From an uncultured Gemmatimonadaceae bacterium (GTDB lineage Bacteria > Gemmatimonadota > Gemmatimonadetes > Gemmatimonadales > Gemmatimonadaceae): a stretch of 64,000 nt of DNA. The notes beneath the pieces were generated by a model. The model made no database searches. It worked only from the letters and a program-made list of their open reading frames with translations, and had not been told where the DNA came from. The translations under genes were made by a program, and so were the position numbers. Of this stretch, positions 21,103 through 32,249 are shown one piece after another. Numbering within the stretch: the stretch's first letter is position 1; each line of letters starts with the position of its first letter. The stretch lies in assembly GCA_963790305.1 (NCBI GenBank), contig CAWBOC010000006.1, positions 64,001 through 128,000 on the forward strand, given 5' to 3'.

Positions 21103-22226
21103 GAATCGGAATCAGCTGCTACCCGACGTATGGCGGATCGGGCGCCGTCGCCACCGAGCTTGGTATTGCGCTCGCGGGCCGCGGCCACCTCGTGCATTTC
21201 ATCACCTACGCGCAGCCATTCCGGCTTCCCTCGTTTCTTCCCCGCGTGTTTTTCCACGAGGTCGATGTCGGCCGCTATCCGCTGTTCGAATACCCGCCCT
21301 ATGACCTGGCCCTCGCCGTTCGCATGCACGAGGTCGTGCGCACTCACAAGCTCGATCTCTTGCACGTGCACTACGCGATCCCGCACGCGACGAGCGCCTG
21401 GATCGCACGTGAGATGCTCGAGGACGGTGGCTCGGGCGTGCGCATCGCCACCACGCTGCACGGCACCGACATCACGCTCGTCGGGCAGGATCCGTCCTTC
21501 CACGCGATCGCGAAGTTCTCGATCGAGCGGTCCGACGCGCTGACGGCCGTCTCCGAATACCTGAAGCGCGAGACGTTCAACGCCTTCGGATGCACCGGGT
21601 GCGCGGTCGAGGTCATTCATAACTTCATCGACCCCGACGTGTACGATCGGAGGAAATACACCACGACCATCCGCGATCAGGTACAGCCCGGACGGAAGGT
21701 GCTCATGCACATCTCGAACTTCCGGCCGGTGAAACGCGTCCGCGATGTCGTGCGCATCTTCGCGCATGTCGCGCGGACAATGCCGAGCGTTCTGGTGATG
21801 GTCGGTGACGGTCCGGAGCGCGTGACCGCCGAGAAGGAAGCGGAAGCGCTGGGTGTCTCCGATCAAACGATGTTTCTCGGCCGGCTCGACGCGATTGCGC
21901 CACTGCTCGCGGGCGCTGACCTCTTTTTGCTCCCGACCGAGCGTGAATCGTTCGGGCTTAGTGCGCTCGAAGCGCTGGCGTGTGGCGTACCGGTGATCGG
22001 GGCGCGCGCCGGCGGGCTCCCCGAGGTCGTGCGCGACGGCGTCACCGGCGCGTTGCGCGATGTGGGCGACGTCGAGGGAATGTCCGCGGCCGCGGTGGAG
22101 ATCCTGTCCTCGTCCGAGAAGTGGCAGGCCATGAGCGACGCCGCGGCCGCCGACGCACGCACGCGGTTCTCGCAAGAGGACATGGTCACGCGGTACGAGA
22201 ATTTCTACTCGCGTGTCCTCGCCTGA
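21099..22226 (+). CDS. bshA: N-acetyl-alpha-D-glucosaminyl L-malate synthase
   Basis: CYPTYGGSGAVATELG, HVHYAIPHA, TTLHGTDITLVG, SNFRPVKR, ESFGLSALEA. Confidence 0.92.
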   Translation: MRIGISCYPTYGGSGAVATELGIALAGRGHLVHFITYAQPFRLPSFLPRVFFHEVDVGRYPLFEYPPYDLALAVRMHEVVRTHKLDLLHVHYAIPHATSAWIAREMLEDGGSGVRIATTLHGTDITLVGQDPSFHAIAKFSIERSDALTAVSEYLKRETFNAFGCTGCAVEVIHNFIDPDVYDRRKYTTTIRDQVQPGRKVLMHISNFRPVKRVRDVVRIFAHVARTMPSVLVMVGDGPERVTAEKEAEALGVSDQTMFLGRLDAIAPLLAGADLFLLPTERESFGLSALEALACGVPVIGARAGGLPEVVRDGVTGALRDVGDVEGMSAAAVEILSSSEKWQAMSDAAAADARTRFSQEDMVTRYENFYSRVLA

Positions 22227-23016
22227 CGAGTGGCTGGCGCTCATCCGCTGGCGGAATGCGCTGCTCGCGGGGGCCGGAGTGTCGGCGGGGGCGTGGTGGA
22301 GTGCCGGACATGTCAGCGGGCGCGTGGCCCTGGCCGTCGTGGCGGCGTTTGCCCTCACCGCCGTCGCCAACACGACCAATGACATCGCCGACGTGAACAT
22401 CGACCGGGTGGCACATCCCGAACGTCCGCTGCCGTCCGGCGCTATCGCGCCCGGCGAGGCAAGGTCCTTCGCCATCGCGTGCTCCGTCGTCGCGCTGGTG
22501 TTGGCGACCCTGGTGGTGTGGTGGCTCGCCGCGCTGACCCTCCTCGTCCTCGTGATCATGTGGACGTACAGCACGCGCCTCAAACCGCACGGCCTTCCCG
22601 GCAACGTGGCGGTCGCCGTGCTCGGGTCGCTCCCGTTCCTGTACGGTGCTACCGCGGTCGATGAGGTGGGGAAGGGCATGCTGCTCGTCGCCGTAGCAGC
22701 GCCTCTGCACTTCGCGCGCGAGGTGGCGAAGGACCTCGACGATCTCCCGGGCGATGCCGGGCTCCGGCGCACACTTCCGGTAACCGCCGGGCTGCCCAGA
22801 GCCCGTGCTGGCGTAGCGGGCGGGGTCGCGGCGTACTCGGTTGCCGTCGTCCTCCTCGCGACCGCATATCCCCTCTTCGCGTTGCTGCTCGTGCCCACCA
22901 TCTTTCTCGCCGTTCTCTCCGTCCACCGTCTGTATCGCGATCGCGCGGGTGCGGCGGGGCTGCTCAAGGCCGCGATGGTCCTGGCCATCGCGGCGCTCGT
23001 CATCAGCGGTCGCTGA
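22213..23016 (+). CDS. UbiA-family prenyltransferase, DGGGP-synthase-like
   Basis: NDIADVNIDRVAHPERPLPSG and REVAKDLDDLPGD motifs; multi-TM. Confidence 0.8.
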   Translation: MSSPDEWLALIRWRNALLAGAGVSAGAWWSAGHVSGRVALAVVAAFALTAVANTTNDIADVNIDRVAHPERPLPSGAIAPGEARSFAIACSVVALVLATLVVWWLAALTLLVLVIMWTYSTRLKPHGLPGNVAVAVLGSLPFLYGATAVDEVGKGMLLVAVAAPLHFAREVAKDLDDLPGDAGLRRTLPVTAGLPRARAGVAGGVAAYSVAVVLLATAYPLFALLLVPTIFLAVLSVHRLYRDRAGAAGLLKAAMVLAIAALVISGR

Positions 23017-23046
23017 TCGCGTGCATGCACTCCATGGAGAAGCGCA

Positions 23047-23850
23047 TTGACCGTCTGGCAGGCGATCATCCTCGGCGTGCTGCAGGGACTGGCCGAGTTC
23101 CTTCCGATCAGCAGCTCGGCGCACCTGGCGCTCACGCCATGGATTCTCGGGTGGCAGAGTCCCGGGCTCGCCTTCGACGTCGCGCTTCACGTCGGCACGC
23201 TCGCGGCGGTTCTGTGGTTCTTCCGAGCACAGTGGGTCGCGCTCGCTCGCGCCGCCTGGCGCATCGTAGCCACGCGTCGCGTCGACACGGAGGAGGAGAA
23301 GCGTGTTCTGTTCCTCATCATCGCCACGATACCTGGCGGTATCGCTGGTTTGCTCCTCGCTGATTACGCGGAGACCGTGTTCCGTACGCCTGCCCTCATC
23401 GCGACCACGCTGATCATCATGGGCGTCATTCTGTGGGCGGTCGACCGGTTCGCACCGCACGAGCGCCCGCTCGGACAGATGCGGTGGACGCACGCGCTGC
23501 TCTTCGGCCTCGCGCAGGTCCTCGCGCTCGTGCCCGGCGTCTCACGGTCTGGATCGACGATGACGGCGGGGCGGGCCATGGGCTTTCACCGCGAGAGCGC
23601 AGCGGTGTTTGCGTTTCTCATGAGCATGCCGATAACGGCCGCCGCAGCCGTGTATGAGGTGCCCAAGGCAATCGCCGAGGGTGGCCTGGGCGCGCCGATC
23701 GTCGCTGGCGTGATCGCGTCCGCGCTGAGCGGATGGTTGGCGATCAGCGTGCTCCTCAAGTACGTCGCGCGGCACGGCTTTGGTGTGTTCGCCGCCTACC
23801 GGATCGTGCTGGGACTCGGCGTTCTGGCGCTCGTGGCGATGCGCACATGA
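23047..23850 (+). CDS. uppP: Undecaprenyl-diphosphate phosphatase
   Basis: QGLAEFLPISSSAH, PGVSRSG. Confidence 0.95.
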   Translation: MTVWQAIILGVLQGLAEFLPISSSAHLALTPWILGWQSPGLAFDVALHVGTLAAVLWFFRAQWVALARAAWRIVATRRVDTEEEKRVLFLIIATIPGGIAGLLLADYAETVFRTPALIATTLIIMGVILWAVDRFAPHERPLGQMRWTHALLFGLAQVLALVPGVSRSGSTMTAGRAMGFHRESAAVFAFLMSMPITAAAAVYEVPKAIAEGGLGAPIVAGVIASALSGWLAISVLLKYVARHGFGVFAAYRIVLGLGVLALVAMRT

Positions 23851-24596
23851 TCGACGCGCCCGCGGTGTGGGAGGCCGAAACGGGTGGGACGCTCGCCCGT
23901 CTCCTGGACCTCCCTCGGGTCGAGGTCCTCGCGTCGGTGCGCTCGACGATGGACGTCGCGCACGCGTTGGGCGAGGAAGCCGCGGCGCCGGGAACGCTCG
24001 TGCTTGCCGACGAGCAGACGGCTGGCCGTGGTCGGAGCGGAAAGCCGTGGCGCTCACGAGCCGGCGCAGGCATCTGGATGACGCTGCTGGAGCGGCCTAA
24101 CGATTCGGAGGCGCTGGGCGTGCTCTCGATCCGCCTTGGCCTCAAGGCGGCGCCGGTCCTTCAGCGGTACGCCGATGGGGCGGTGTGGCTCAAGTGGCCG
24201 AACGACGTGCTCGTCGACGGGAGGAAGCTCGCGGGCATCCTCGTCGAGACGCGCTGGCGCGAGGGGCAGGTCGACTGGGTCGCGATCGGCATCGGTATCA
24301 ACGTCGGCACGCCTGACGAGCCGAATGCGACCGCCCTGCGCGACGGGACGCGACGCCTCAATGTGCTCGCCGAGCTGGTGCCGGCGCTGCGGGCTGCGGC
24401 GCGCGCGCGCGGTCCGCTGTCCGAGAAAGAGCTGGAGCACTGGGCCTCCCTGGATGGCGCGGCGGGCCGGCGCTGTCGGTCACCGCTCGCCGGTGTCGTG
24501 CGCGGGCTCGCGTCCGATGGGTCACTTATCGTCGAGCGCGACGGTCAGACAGCGCTCGCACGTGCAGGATCGCTCGTGCTCGAGGAGGAGTCGTGA
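23847..24596 (+). CDS. birA: Biotin--protein ligase (no N-terminal HTH seen)
   Basis: QTAGRGR, KWPND, KLAGIL, GIGINV. Confidence 0.92.
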   Translation: MIDAPAVWEAETGGTLARLLDLPRVEVLASVRSTMDVAHALGEEAAAPGTLVLADEQTAGRGRSGKPWRSRAGAGIWMTLLERPNDSEALGVLSIRLGLKAAPVLQRYADGAVWLKWPNDVLVDGRKLAGILVETRWREGQVDWVAIGIGINVGTPDEPNATALRDGTRRLNVLAELVPALRAAARARGPLSEKELEHWASLDGAAGRRCRSPLAGVVRGLASDGSLIVERDGQTALARAGSLVLEEES

Positions 24597-25417
24597 TCAT
24601 CGTGTTCGATGTCGGCAATACCGAGACGACCGTTGGCATCTTCGACGGCGAAGCGCTGCGTGCCCACTGGCGCATCACGACTGGTGTGGTCCGCACGGCG
24701 GATGAGTACGGGGTGCTCCTCACCGAGCTGGTACGATCGGCGGAGGTCACGGCGTCCTCACTTGGCGGGGCCTCGATCGGCTCGGTGGTACCGGGCGTGA
24801 CGGGCCCTCTCGCCGAGGCCTGCGAGCAATGGCTAGGTGCCCCGGTCACGCAGATCGACGCGCGCAGCAAGCTCCCGATTACGCTGGACGTCGAAGAGCC
24901 GTTGACCGTTGGCGCGGACCGCATCATCAACACGCTGGCCGCGAGCCGCATGTACCGGAGCGACTGCATCGTCGTGGACCTGGGGACGGCCACGACCTAC
25001 GACTGCATCACCGCCGATGGGGTCTTCCTCGGTGGCGTCATCGCCCCCGGGGTCACGACCTCGGCCGACACACTCGTCAGGCGAACGTCGAAGCTACCGG
25101 CGACGGAGCTCGTGCCTCCGGTGCGGACGATCGGCAGACGGACGGAAGAGTGCATCCGCGCGGGCGTGATGCTCGGCGCCGCCGAGTCGATCGATGGCCT
25201 CGTGAGGCGTATCAAGCGGGAGTGGCCCACGCGCGCGATGCCCAAGGTGGTCGCCACCGGCGGTCTGGCCCACGTGCTGGCGCCGCTCTGCACGGAGATC
25301 GATCTGGTCGAGCCGCACCTGACGCTTCACGGCCTCCGTATGGCCTTCGCGATTGTGAATGGAGGGGAAGCGGCGGGTCCCCAAAAAGGCCGCGTCCGCT
25401 CGCGAAAAAAGCGGTAA
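24593..25417 (+). CDS. coaX: Type III pantothenate kinase
   Basis: DVGNT, VGADR, DLGTATT, ATGG. Confidence 0.95.
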   Translation: MIIVFDVGNTETTVGIFDGEALRAHWRITTGVVRTADEYGVLLTELVRSAEVTASSLGGASIGSVVPGVTGPLAEACEQWLGAPVTQIDARSKLPITLDVEEPLTVGADRIINTLAASRMYRSDCIVVDLGTATTYDCITADGVFLGGVIAPGVTTSADTLVRRTSKLPATELVPPVRTIGRRTEECIRAGVMLGAAESIDGLVRRIKREWPTRAMPKVVATGGLAHVLAPLCTEIDLVEPHLTLHGLRMAFAIVNGGEAAGPQKGRVRSRKKR

Positions 25418-25484
25418 AGGGCGCGCCTGTAAGTACTTGTGTCCCAAATATTTGCCGGCCGTCGTGCCGACGGCCCGGCGCCCC

Positions 25485-25513
25485 TTGACTCGCGCCCTGG
25501 GAAGGCGTAACTT
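25485..25513 (+). promoter_or_regulatory. Sigma70-type promoter of groESL
   Basis: TTGACT-17 nt-TAACTT directly upstream of CIRCE. Confidence 0.7.
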
Positions 25514-25521
25514 CGGGGCTG

Positions 25522-25548
25522 TTAGCACTCCCATAGTCTGAGTGCCAA
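25522..25548 (+). promoter_or_regulatory. CIRCE element (HrcA operator)
   Basis: TTAGCACTC-N9-GAGTGCCAA, one mismatch to consensus, upstream of groES. Confidence 0.95.
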
Positions 25549-25598
25549 CCCCCTATAATCCATTCACACTGAACCCTAGAATCGGAGGGGCGCAAGTC

Positions 25599-25898
25599 AT
25601 GGCCACCAAGAGCAGCGTTAAGGTCAACCCGTTGGCGGACCGAGTCGTCGTCAAGCCGCTCGAAGAGACGGAGCAGATGCGCGGCGGTCTCTACATCCCC
25701 GACACCGCCAAGGAAAAGCCTCAGCAGGGCGAAGTCATCGCTGCGGGGCCGGGCCGTTTCGAGAAGGACAAGCGTGTGCCGATGGAAGTGAAGGTCGGCG
25801 ACAAGATTCTCTACGGAAAGTACAGCGGCACCGAGGTCACCCTCGATGGCGACACGTATCTCATCCTGAGAGAGTCCGATATCCTCGCGATCGTCTGA
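25599..25898 (+). CDS. groES: Co-chaperonin GroES
   Basis: [37 protein letters not shown]. Confidence 0.98.
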   Translation: MATKSSVKVNPLADRVVVKPLEETEQMRGGLYIPDTAKEKPQQGEVIAAGPGRFEKDKRVPMEVKVGDKILYGKYSGTEVTLDGDTYLILRESDILAIV

Positions 25899-25914
25899 GA
25901 GGTCCTGGAACCGG

Positions 25915-27641
<1,727 letters not shown>

Positions 27642-27646
27642 GACGC

Positions 27647-27729
27647 AGATTGCGGATTGCGGAAGAAACCCCCGGGGCGCTGAGCTCCGGGGGTTTTCGT
27701 TGTAATCCGCAACCCGCAATCCGCAATCT
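27647..27729. repeat. Heptamer (ATTGCGG) inverted-repeat element enclosing a terminator
   Basis: AGATTGCGGATTGCGG ... AATCCGCAACCCGCAATCCGCAATCT; perfect 16-bp outer IR. Confidence 0.9.
27665..27700. terminator. Probably bidirectional intrinsic terminator after groEL
   Basis: AAACCCCCGGGGC-GCTGA-GCTCCGGGGGTTTT between convergent genes. Confidence 0.85.
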
Positions 27730-28537
27730 AGAGCTCCAGCCGCAGCTGCTCGACGCGCCCTCTCCGGACCTTGGGCTCGAATGGGCCAATCACCGCGTCC
27801 TGTGGCGCTGCGTGCACCGCGCCGGTGAACCGCGTTGGAGCGAGGCCCTTCCGGACCGCGCTGCGCGCCAACGCCGCGTCGTTGCATTGGTCGCTGAGGT
27901 GCGCCAGGACGACATGCGCCAGGGATGGGTGCGCCAGGTCGCGCGCGAGATTCGCCGCGGCGGTGTTGCTCAGATGCCCTCGGCGGCCAGCGATGCGGTC
28001 ACGCACCGTCGGCGGATACGGGCCCGTGCGCAGCATCCCTTCGTCATGGTTGGCCTCGAGCACGAGCACGTCGAGATCGCCGAGTGCGCGGCGCAGCGCT
28101 GCACCCGCATGCCCGAGATCGTAGACGATTCCCACGCGACCACCAATGTCGTCGGTGGCGACGATGGCCACCGGCTCCACTGCGTCGTGGGGGACCGCGA
28201 CGGACTGCAGCTCCATGCTCGAGAAGCGCAGCGTGGCACCCGCGTCGAAGGTGCGGACGTCAGCATCGCGCAACGTCGGATACGCGGCGACAGTGCCACA
28301 GGACGCATGCAGCGCCCAGCCCCACGCGCGCGCCGCGGCGCAGGCACCGCGCACGTGGTCATGGTGCTCGTGCGTCACTACCAGAGCTTCGATCGATTCG
28401 CACGGCACATCGACAGCGGCGAGCCGCTGTTCCAGCGCCTTGGCGTGGAATCCCGCGTCGACCAGCACCCGCGATCCCCGGTGCTCCAATAACACGGCGT
28501 TGCCGCGACTGCCGCTGCCTAACACCCAGACTCTCAT
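27728..28537 (-). CDS. MBL-fold metallohydrolase (YycJ/WalJ-like)
   Basis: LGSGSRGNA, THEHHDH, LEANHD, GHLSN, HLS. Confidence 0.9.
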   Translation of the reverse strand: MRVWVLGSGSRGNAVLLEHRGSRVLVDAGFHAKALEQRLAAVDVPCESIEALVVTHEHHDHVRGACAAARAWGWALHASCGTVAAYPTLRDADVRTFDAGATLRFSSMELQSVAVPHDAVEPVAIVATDDIGGRVGIVYDLGHAGAALRRALGDLDVLVLEANHDEGMLRTGPYPPTVRDRIAGRRGHLSNTAAANLARDLAHPSLAHVVLAHLSDQCNDAALARSAVRKGLAPTRFTGAVHAAPQDAVIGPFEPKVRRGRVEQLRLEL

Positions 28538-29736
28538 CCCAACTCCTGCTGCGCGCGCTCGAACGCTCGCTTCAGATGACGACGCCCGCGATCGCCGAGC
28601 GCGACATGGCGCCGCGCCATGGCGCGGCTCGCGACCTCGAGAAACTTATCGATCTGGTACGTGCTCCGGGATCGTCCATCGCCCCACGCGAACGGGGGAA
28701 CATACTTCGGCGGCGTGTCCGCACCAAAGATGTTCGCCCCAGCGCCGACGACGCTCCCCGTCGTCAGTCGCAAGCCGATGCCGGTTTTCACATGATCCCC
28801 GAACAGCGTGCCGAGCTTTTGTACCCCGGTGTCGCGCATTCCCGCCGGCGTCCACAGGGGAACGGTGCCGTACGTGTTCTTGAGATTGCTGGTGATGGTC
28901 CCGGCGCCAAGGTTCACCCAGCGGCCGAGGTACGAGTGACCGACGAACCCATCGTGGGACTTGTTGGAGTGACCAATGACGACCGTCTCGCTCAGCTCGC
29001 CATGGATGATGCTCGATTCGCCGATCGAGCACCCGTGGACACGCGAGCCGAGGATCGTCGACCCCCCGTCGACGACGCAGGGTCCCACCATGCGTGTGAA
29101 TGCGCGCACCGTTGCGCCGCGGCGGATCACAATCGGACCGGCGGTCACATCCAGCACCACGTAAGGCTCGACGGTTGCGCCCCGCTCCACGAACGCCGGG
29201 TGGCTCCCGATGACGGTGGCATGCGCCGGGGTTTCACATGTCAGCTCCGGCCCCAATAGCGCGACGTCTTCGCCGAGCTGGATAAGGAGATCCGTGACGA
29301 GCTGCCATACCTCGTCGACCCAGCGCCCACCCACCGTCGCCACGGAACCGCCGTCCCGCGCGAGCTCTTCGAGAGGAACCCGCCCATCGGCGAGCACCGA
29401 CAGGCGCACCTCCTGCGCAAGCTTCACCGCAGCGACTCGGCCGTCACACATCCAGACGTCCGCGTCGTGTCGCGCTGCCGTCAATGACACCGCGCATCGT
29501 GAATTCGCGATGATCGAGCCGGCGGGGAGGTCTCGCGCGATGGGTGGCCAGCCATGTTCGTCGAATTCCGCGTGCACGGGCGCGGTGATTGTGCCGACCG
29601 GCGGCGCTCCCCATGCGCGCGTCCATCGGTCGCGCGCGAGCAGAGCGCCAATGCGCATGGCGCTCATCGGGCGCGTAAGGGCGAACGGCTCGAACGCGCG
29701 AGCCCGCTCGTCGTCATAGAGGTAGAGTGCGCTCAT
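28534..29736 (-). CDS. Putative sugar nucleotidyl/acyltransferase (GlmU-related)
   Basis: FEPFALTRP N-terminus; hexapeptide repeats; HDGFVGHSYLGRWVNLGAGTITSNLKNTY. Confidence 0.82.
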   Translation of the reverse strand: MSALYLYDDERARAFEPFALTRPMSAMRIGALLARDRWTRAWGAPPVGTITAPVHAEFDEHGWPPIARDLPAGSIIANSRCAVSLTAARHDADVWMCDGRVAAVKLAQEVRLSVLADGRVPLEELARDGGSVATVGGRWVDEVWQLVTDLLIQLGEDVALLGPELTCETPAHATVIGSHPAFVERGATVEPYVVLDVTAGPIVIRRGATVRAFTRMVGPCVVDGGSTILGSRVHGCSIGESSIIHGELSETVVIGHSNKSHDGFVGHSYLGRWVNLGAGTITSNLKNTYGTVPLWTPAGMRDTGVQKLGTLFGDHVKTGIGLRLTTGSVVGAGANIFGADTPPKYVPPFAWGDGRSRSTYQIDKFLEVASRAMARRHVALGDRGRRHLKRAFERAQQELG

Positions 29737-30767
29737 CGCGCCTCACGCACGTCTTGCGGCAGCCGCTCGAGGAGTGTCTTGAGATCGGCCGCGCGATCTC
29801 GCGTCGTCACCAGCGTGAGTCCCGGTCGCGTTACCACCACCAGATCGTGCACCCCGTAGAGCACGACTGTCCCCGAATCCGCATGAACGACGTTGTCGCG
29901 CGCCTCGACGGCGTGTACACGTCCAGCGACAGCATTGCTCGCGTCGTCGAGGGCGCGCACGCAATGCAAGGCGCCCCAGGTTCCTACGTCGTCCCACCCG
30001 AAGTCACCGGGCACGACGAGCACGCGCGCACTCCGCTCCATCACGGCGTAGTCGACGGCGATTGGCTTCACCGCAGTGAAGAACCGCTCGAGGTCCATCG
30101 CCGCAGCCGTCGATAACACATCGGCGATTTCGGGTGCGTGCGCCTTCACCTCGTCGAGGAAATCCTTCACCCGCCATACGAAGATCCCGGAATTCCAGAG
30201 GTATCCTTCGCGCACCATGCGCTCGGCGCTGTCGCGATCCGGTTTCTCGACGAACCGCGCAACGCGCAGCGCTCCGTCGACCGCTTCGCCAGGCTGGATG
30301 TAGCCAAGTCCCGGGTCGGGGCGCCGGGGAACGACCCCGACCGTGACGAGGGCCGCGTGCTGTTCGGCGACGCGTGCCGCCCGCTCCAGGGTCGCGCGAA
30401 AGACGTTCTCGTCGCCGATCGCCCAGTCGGCGTGCACACAGAGCATGACTGACGTGTCGGCATCGCGTCGCTGGATCTCGAGCGCTGCCCACGTGAGCGC
30501 CGGTGCGGTCCCCGCCGCGCGCGGCTCGGCGATGACGTTCTCGGCAGGGAGTGTGGGGAGCAACGACCGGACGGCGTCGGCCAGGCTTGCATTGGTGATG
30601 ACGAGGGTGCGCTCCGCGGGTACCGCCGGGGCGAGGCGCCGAACGGTGTTGACGAGAAGGGGCGCGTCATCGACCAGCGGAAGGAGCTGCTTTGGTCGCT
30701 GCGGCGTGGAGAGGGGCCAGAAGCGTGAGCCTACGCCTCCGGCGAGAATGACGGCCCATCGATTCAC
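29733..30767 (-). CDS. manC: Mannose-1-phosphate guanylyltransferase
   Basis: ILAGGVGSRFWPLS, PKQLL, FVEKP, WNSGIF, WDDVGTW. Confidence 0.92.
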   Translation of the reverse strand: MNRWAVILAGGVGSRFWPLSTPQRPKQLLPLVDDAPLLVNTVRRLAPAVPAERTLVITNASLADAVRSLLPTLPAENVIAEPRAAGTAPALTWAALEIQRRDADTSVMLCVHADWAIGDENVFRATLERAARVAEQHAALVTVGVVPRRPDPGLGYIQPGEAVDGALRVARFVEKPDRDSAERMVREGYLWNSGIFVWRVKDFLDEVKAHAPEIADVLSTAAAMDLERFFTAVKPIAVDYAVMERSARVLVVPGDFGWDDVGTWGALHCVRALDDASNAVAGRVHAVEARDNVVHADSGTVVLYGVHDLVVVTRPGLTLVTTRDRAADLKTLLERLPQDVREAR

Positions 30768-31195
30768 CGCTCGCTACCGCTGTTCTCCGCACCCACGCCG
30801 GCCAGCTCCGCGGCGCGCGCGTAGAGCTTCTTCGGACTGAATGGCTTGGTCATGAAGTCGCTCGCCCCCGACTCGACGGCGAGTCGATGCTGCTGTTCCT
30901 GGCCGGCTGCGGTGAGAATGATGCAGGGCAGCCGTTGCCACCGCGCGTCGCTGCGCATCGTTCGCAGGACATCGAGGCCGCTCATCACCGGCATCATGAG
31001 ATCGAGGAGCACGAGCGCGAAGTCCTCGTGCTTGGCCAGGGCGTCGAGCGCCTCACGGCCGTCGTAGGCGAGCGTGACGCGAAATGCGCCTTGCTCGAGC
31101 TTCATCTTGATGATCCGGCCAATGTGTGGCTCGTCATCAGCCACCAGGACGTGCAACTTTTCCATAACGTCAGGCGCGGTGGCGCCGCCGCTCAA
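30764..31195 (-). CDS. Single-domain response regulator (CheY-like receiver)
   Basis: VADDE, LDLMMP, LTA, KPFS; start may be the internal ATG. Confidence 0.9.
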   Translation of the reverse strand: MSGGATAPDVMEKLHVLVADDEPHIGRIIKMKLEQGAFRVTLAYDGREALDALAKHEDFALVLLDLMMPVMSGLDVLRTMRSDARWQRLPCIILTAAGQEQQHRLAVESGASDFMTKPFSPKKLYARAAELAGVGAENSGSER

Positions 31196-31548
31196 ACGAG
31201 CGACGAGATATGCTGCCGGTTCCGGCGCAGCTCGAACAACAGGGAACCGACGTTGGCGTCGGTTCGGGCCAGGACGAGCAATACGGCTTCGGACGACAGG
31301 ACCGAGACGATGGCGAGCCCTCGCGCATACTCGAGGATGACGGTGGTGACGTTCCCGTGCGTGCTGTCCCGGCCGAACTCATCGGCCGCGCTCACGATCG
31401 AGGGGACCAGCGCCGCTACGCTCTCGACATCGATGTTGGGCACCGACTGTCCGTCGATGACAAGGCCGTCGCGGCCGAGCACGATCGCGGCGTCGACGCC
31501 GTCCCGACCGCGCAGAGCGCCGACGAGGTCGCGGATGGTGGCCACCAC
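31192..31548 (-). CDS. Roadblock/LC7 (MglB-like) domain protein
   Basis: GVDAAIVLGRDGLVI, ILEYARG, ANVGSLLFELRR; about 118 aa. Confidence 0.85.
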   Translation of the reverse strand: MVATIRDLVGALRGRDGVDAAIVLGRDGLVIDGQSVPNIDVESVAALVPSIVSAADEFGRDSTHGNVTTVILEYARGLAIVSVLSSEAVLLVLARTDANVGSLLFELRRNRQHISSLV

Positions 31549-31683
31549 TACGCTCCAGGTGAAGTGGTGGGAAGCATAACGTCGAGAGGGCCGAAGTCAA
31601 GCGATATGAATCACTTGAACTCATCGTGCACGCGCGGTATTCTACGCCTCCGCACCCACGTTTGCGCACACCCGGGCGTTCCC

Positions 31684-32247
31684 ATGACAGCGAGAGTGTT
31701 CGCGCTGGCGATCGCGTTGCTTGCGGTCGCCGCGTGTGAAGATGTTACTCGCAGCGTCGATCCGACCCTCGACGTTGTCGAAGACACGCTGGTCGTCTTC
31801 CCGCTGCGGGGGAGCCCGCTGAGCGCGCCGACCGCGCTGGATCTCTATAGCCTTCGCACCCTGCGCATTGGCGACGCGAACGCGCTGTACGACCTGGCGA
31901 TCGACACCGCGGCCGGGACGGCCGTGCTGTATCCGTCGCAGCTCGTCGACAATGAAGCACCCCGCACTGGCGTCATCGAGTCGGCGGCGACCTTTGAATC
32001 GATCCTCGAGGCACCCACCACCGGCTATCAGGACACGGCCGCCGTCGCGGTGAGCGTTGGCGAGACCATCATCGTCCGTGCGCGGAATATCTGCCTGGGA
32101 GGGTTCCCCGGCCGCGACTTCTTCCACGCGAAGGTTCAGCTGCTCGAGCTTGGGATGTCCAGCGGCTTTCGCACCGCGCGCTTCCGCATCCGCACCAATC
32201 CGAATTGCGGGTTCCGCTCCTTCGCTGACGGCCTGCCGGAGTTCTGA
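31684..32247 (+). CDS. Hypothetical lipoprotein
   Basis: ATG 31684, signal peptide with LAVAAC lipobox; C-terminal NPNCGFRSF. Confidence 0.7.
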   Translation: MTARVFALAIALLAVAACEDVTRSVDPTLDVVEDTLVVFPLRGSPLSAPTALDLYSLRTLRIGDANALYDLAIDTAAGTAVLYPSQLVDNEAPRTGVIESAATFESILEAPTTGYQDTAAVAVSVGETIIVRARNICLGGFPGRDFFHAKVQLLELGMSSGFRTARFRIRTNPNCGFRSFADGLPEF

Positions 32248-32249
32248 TC

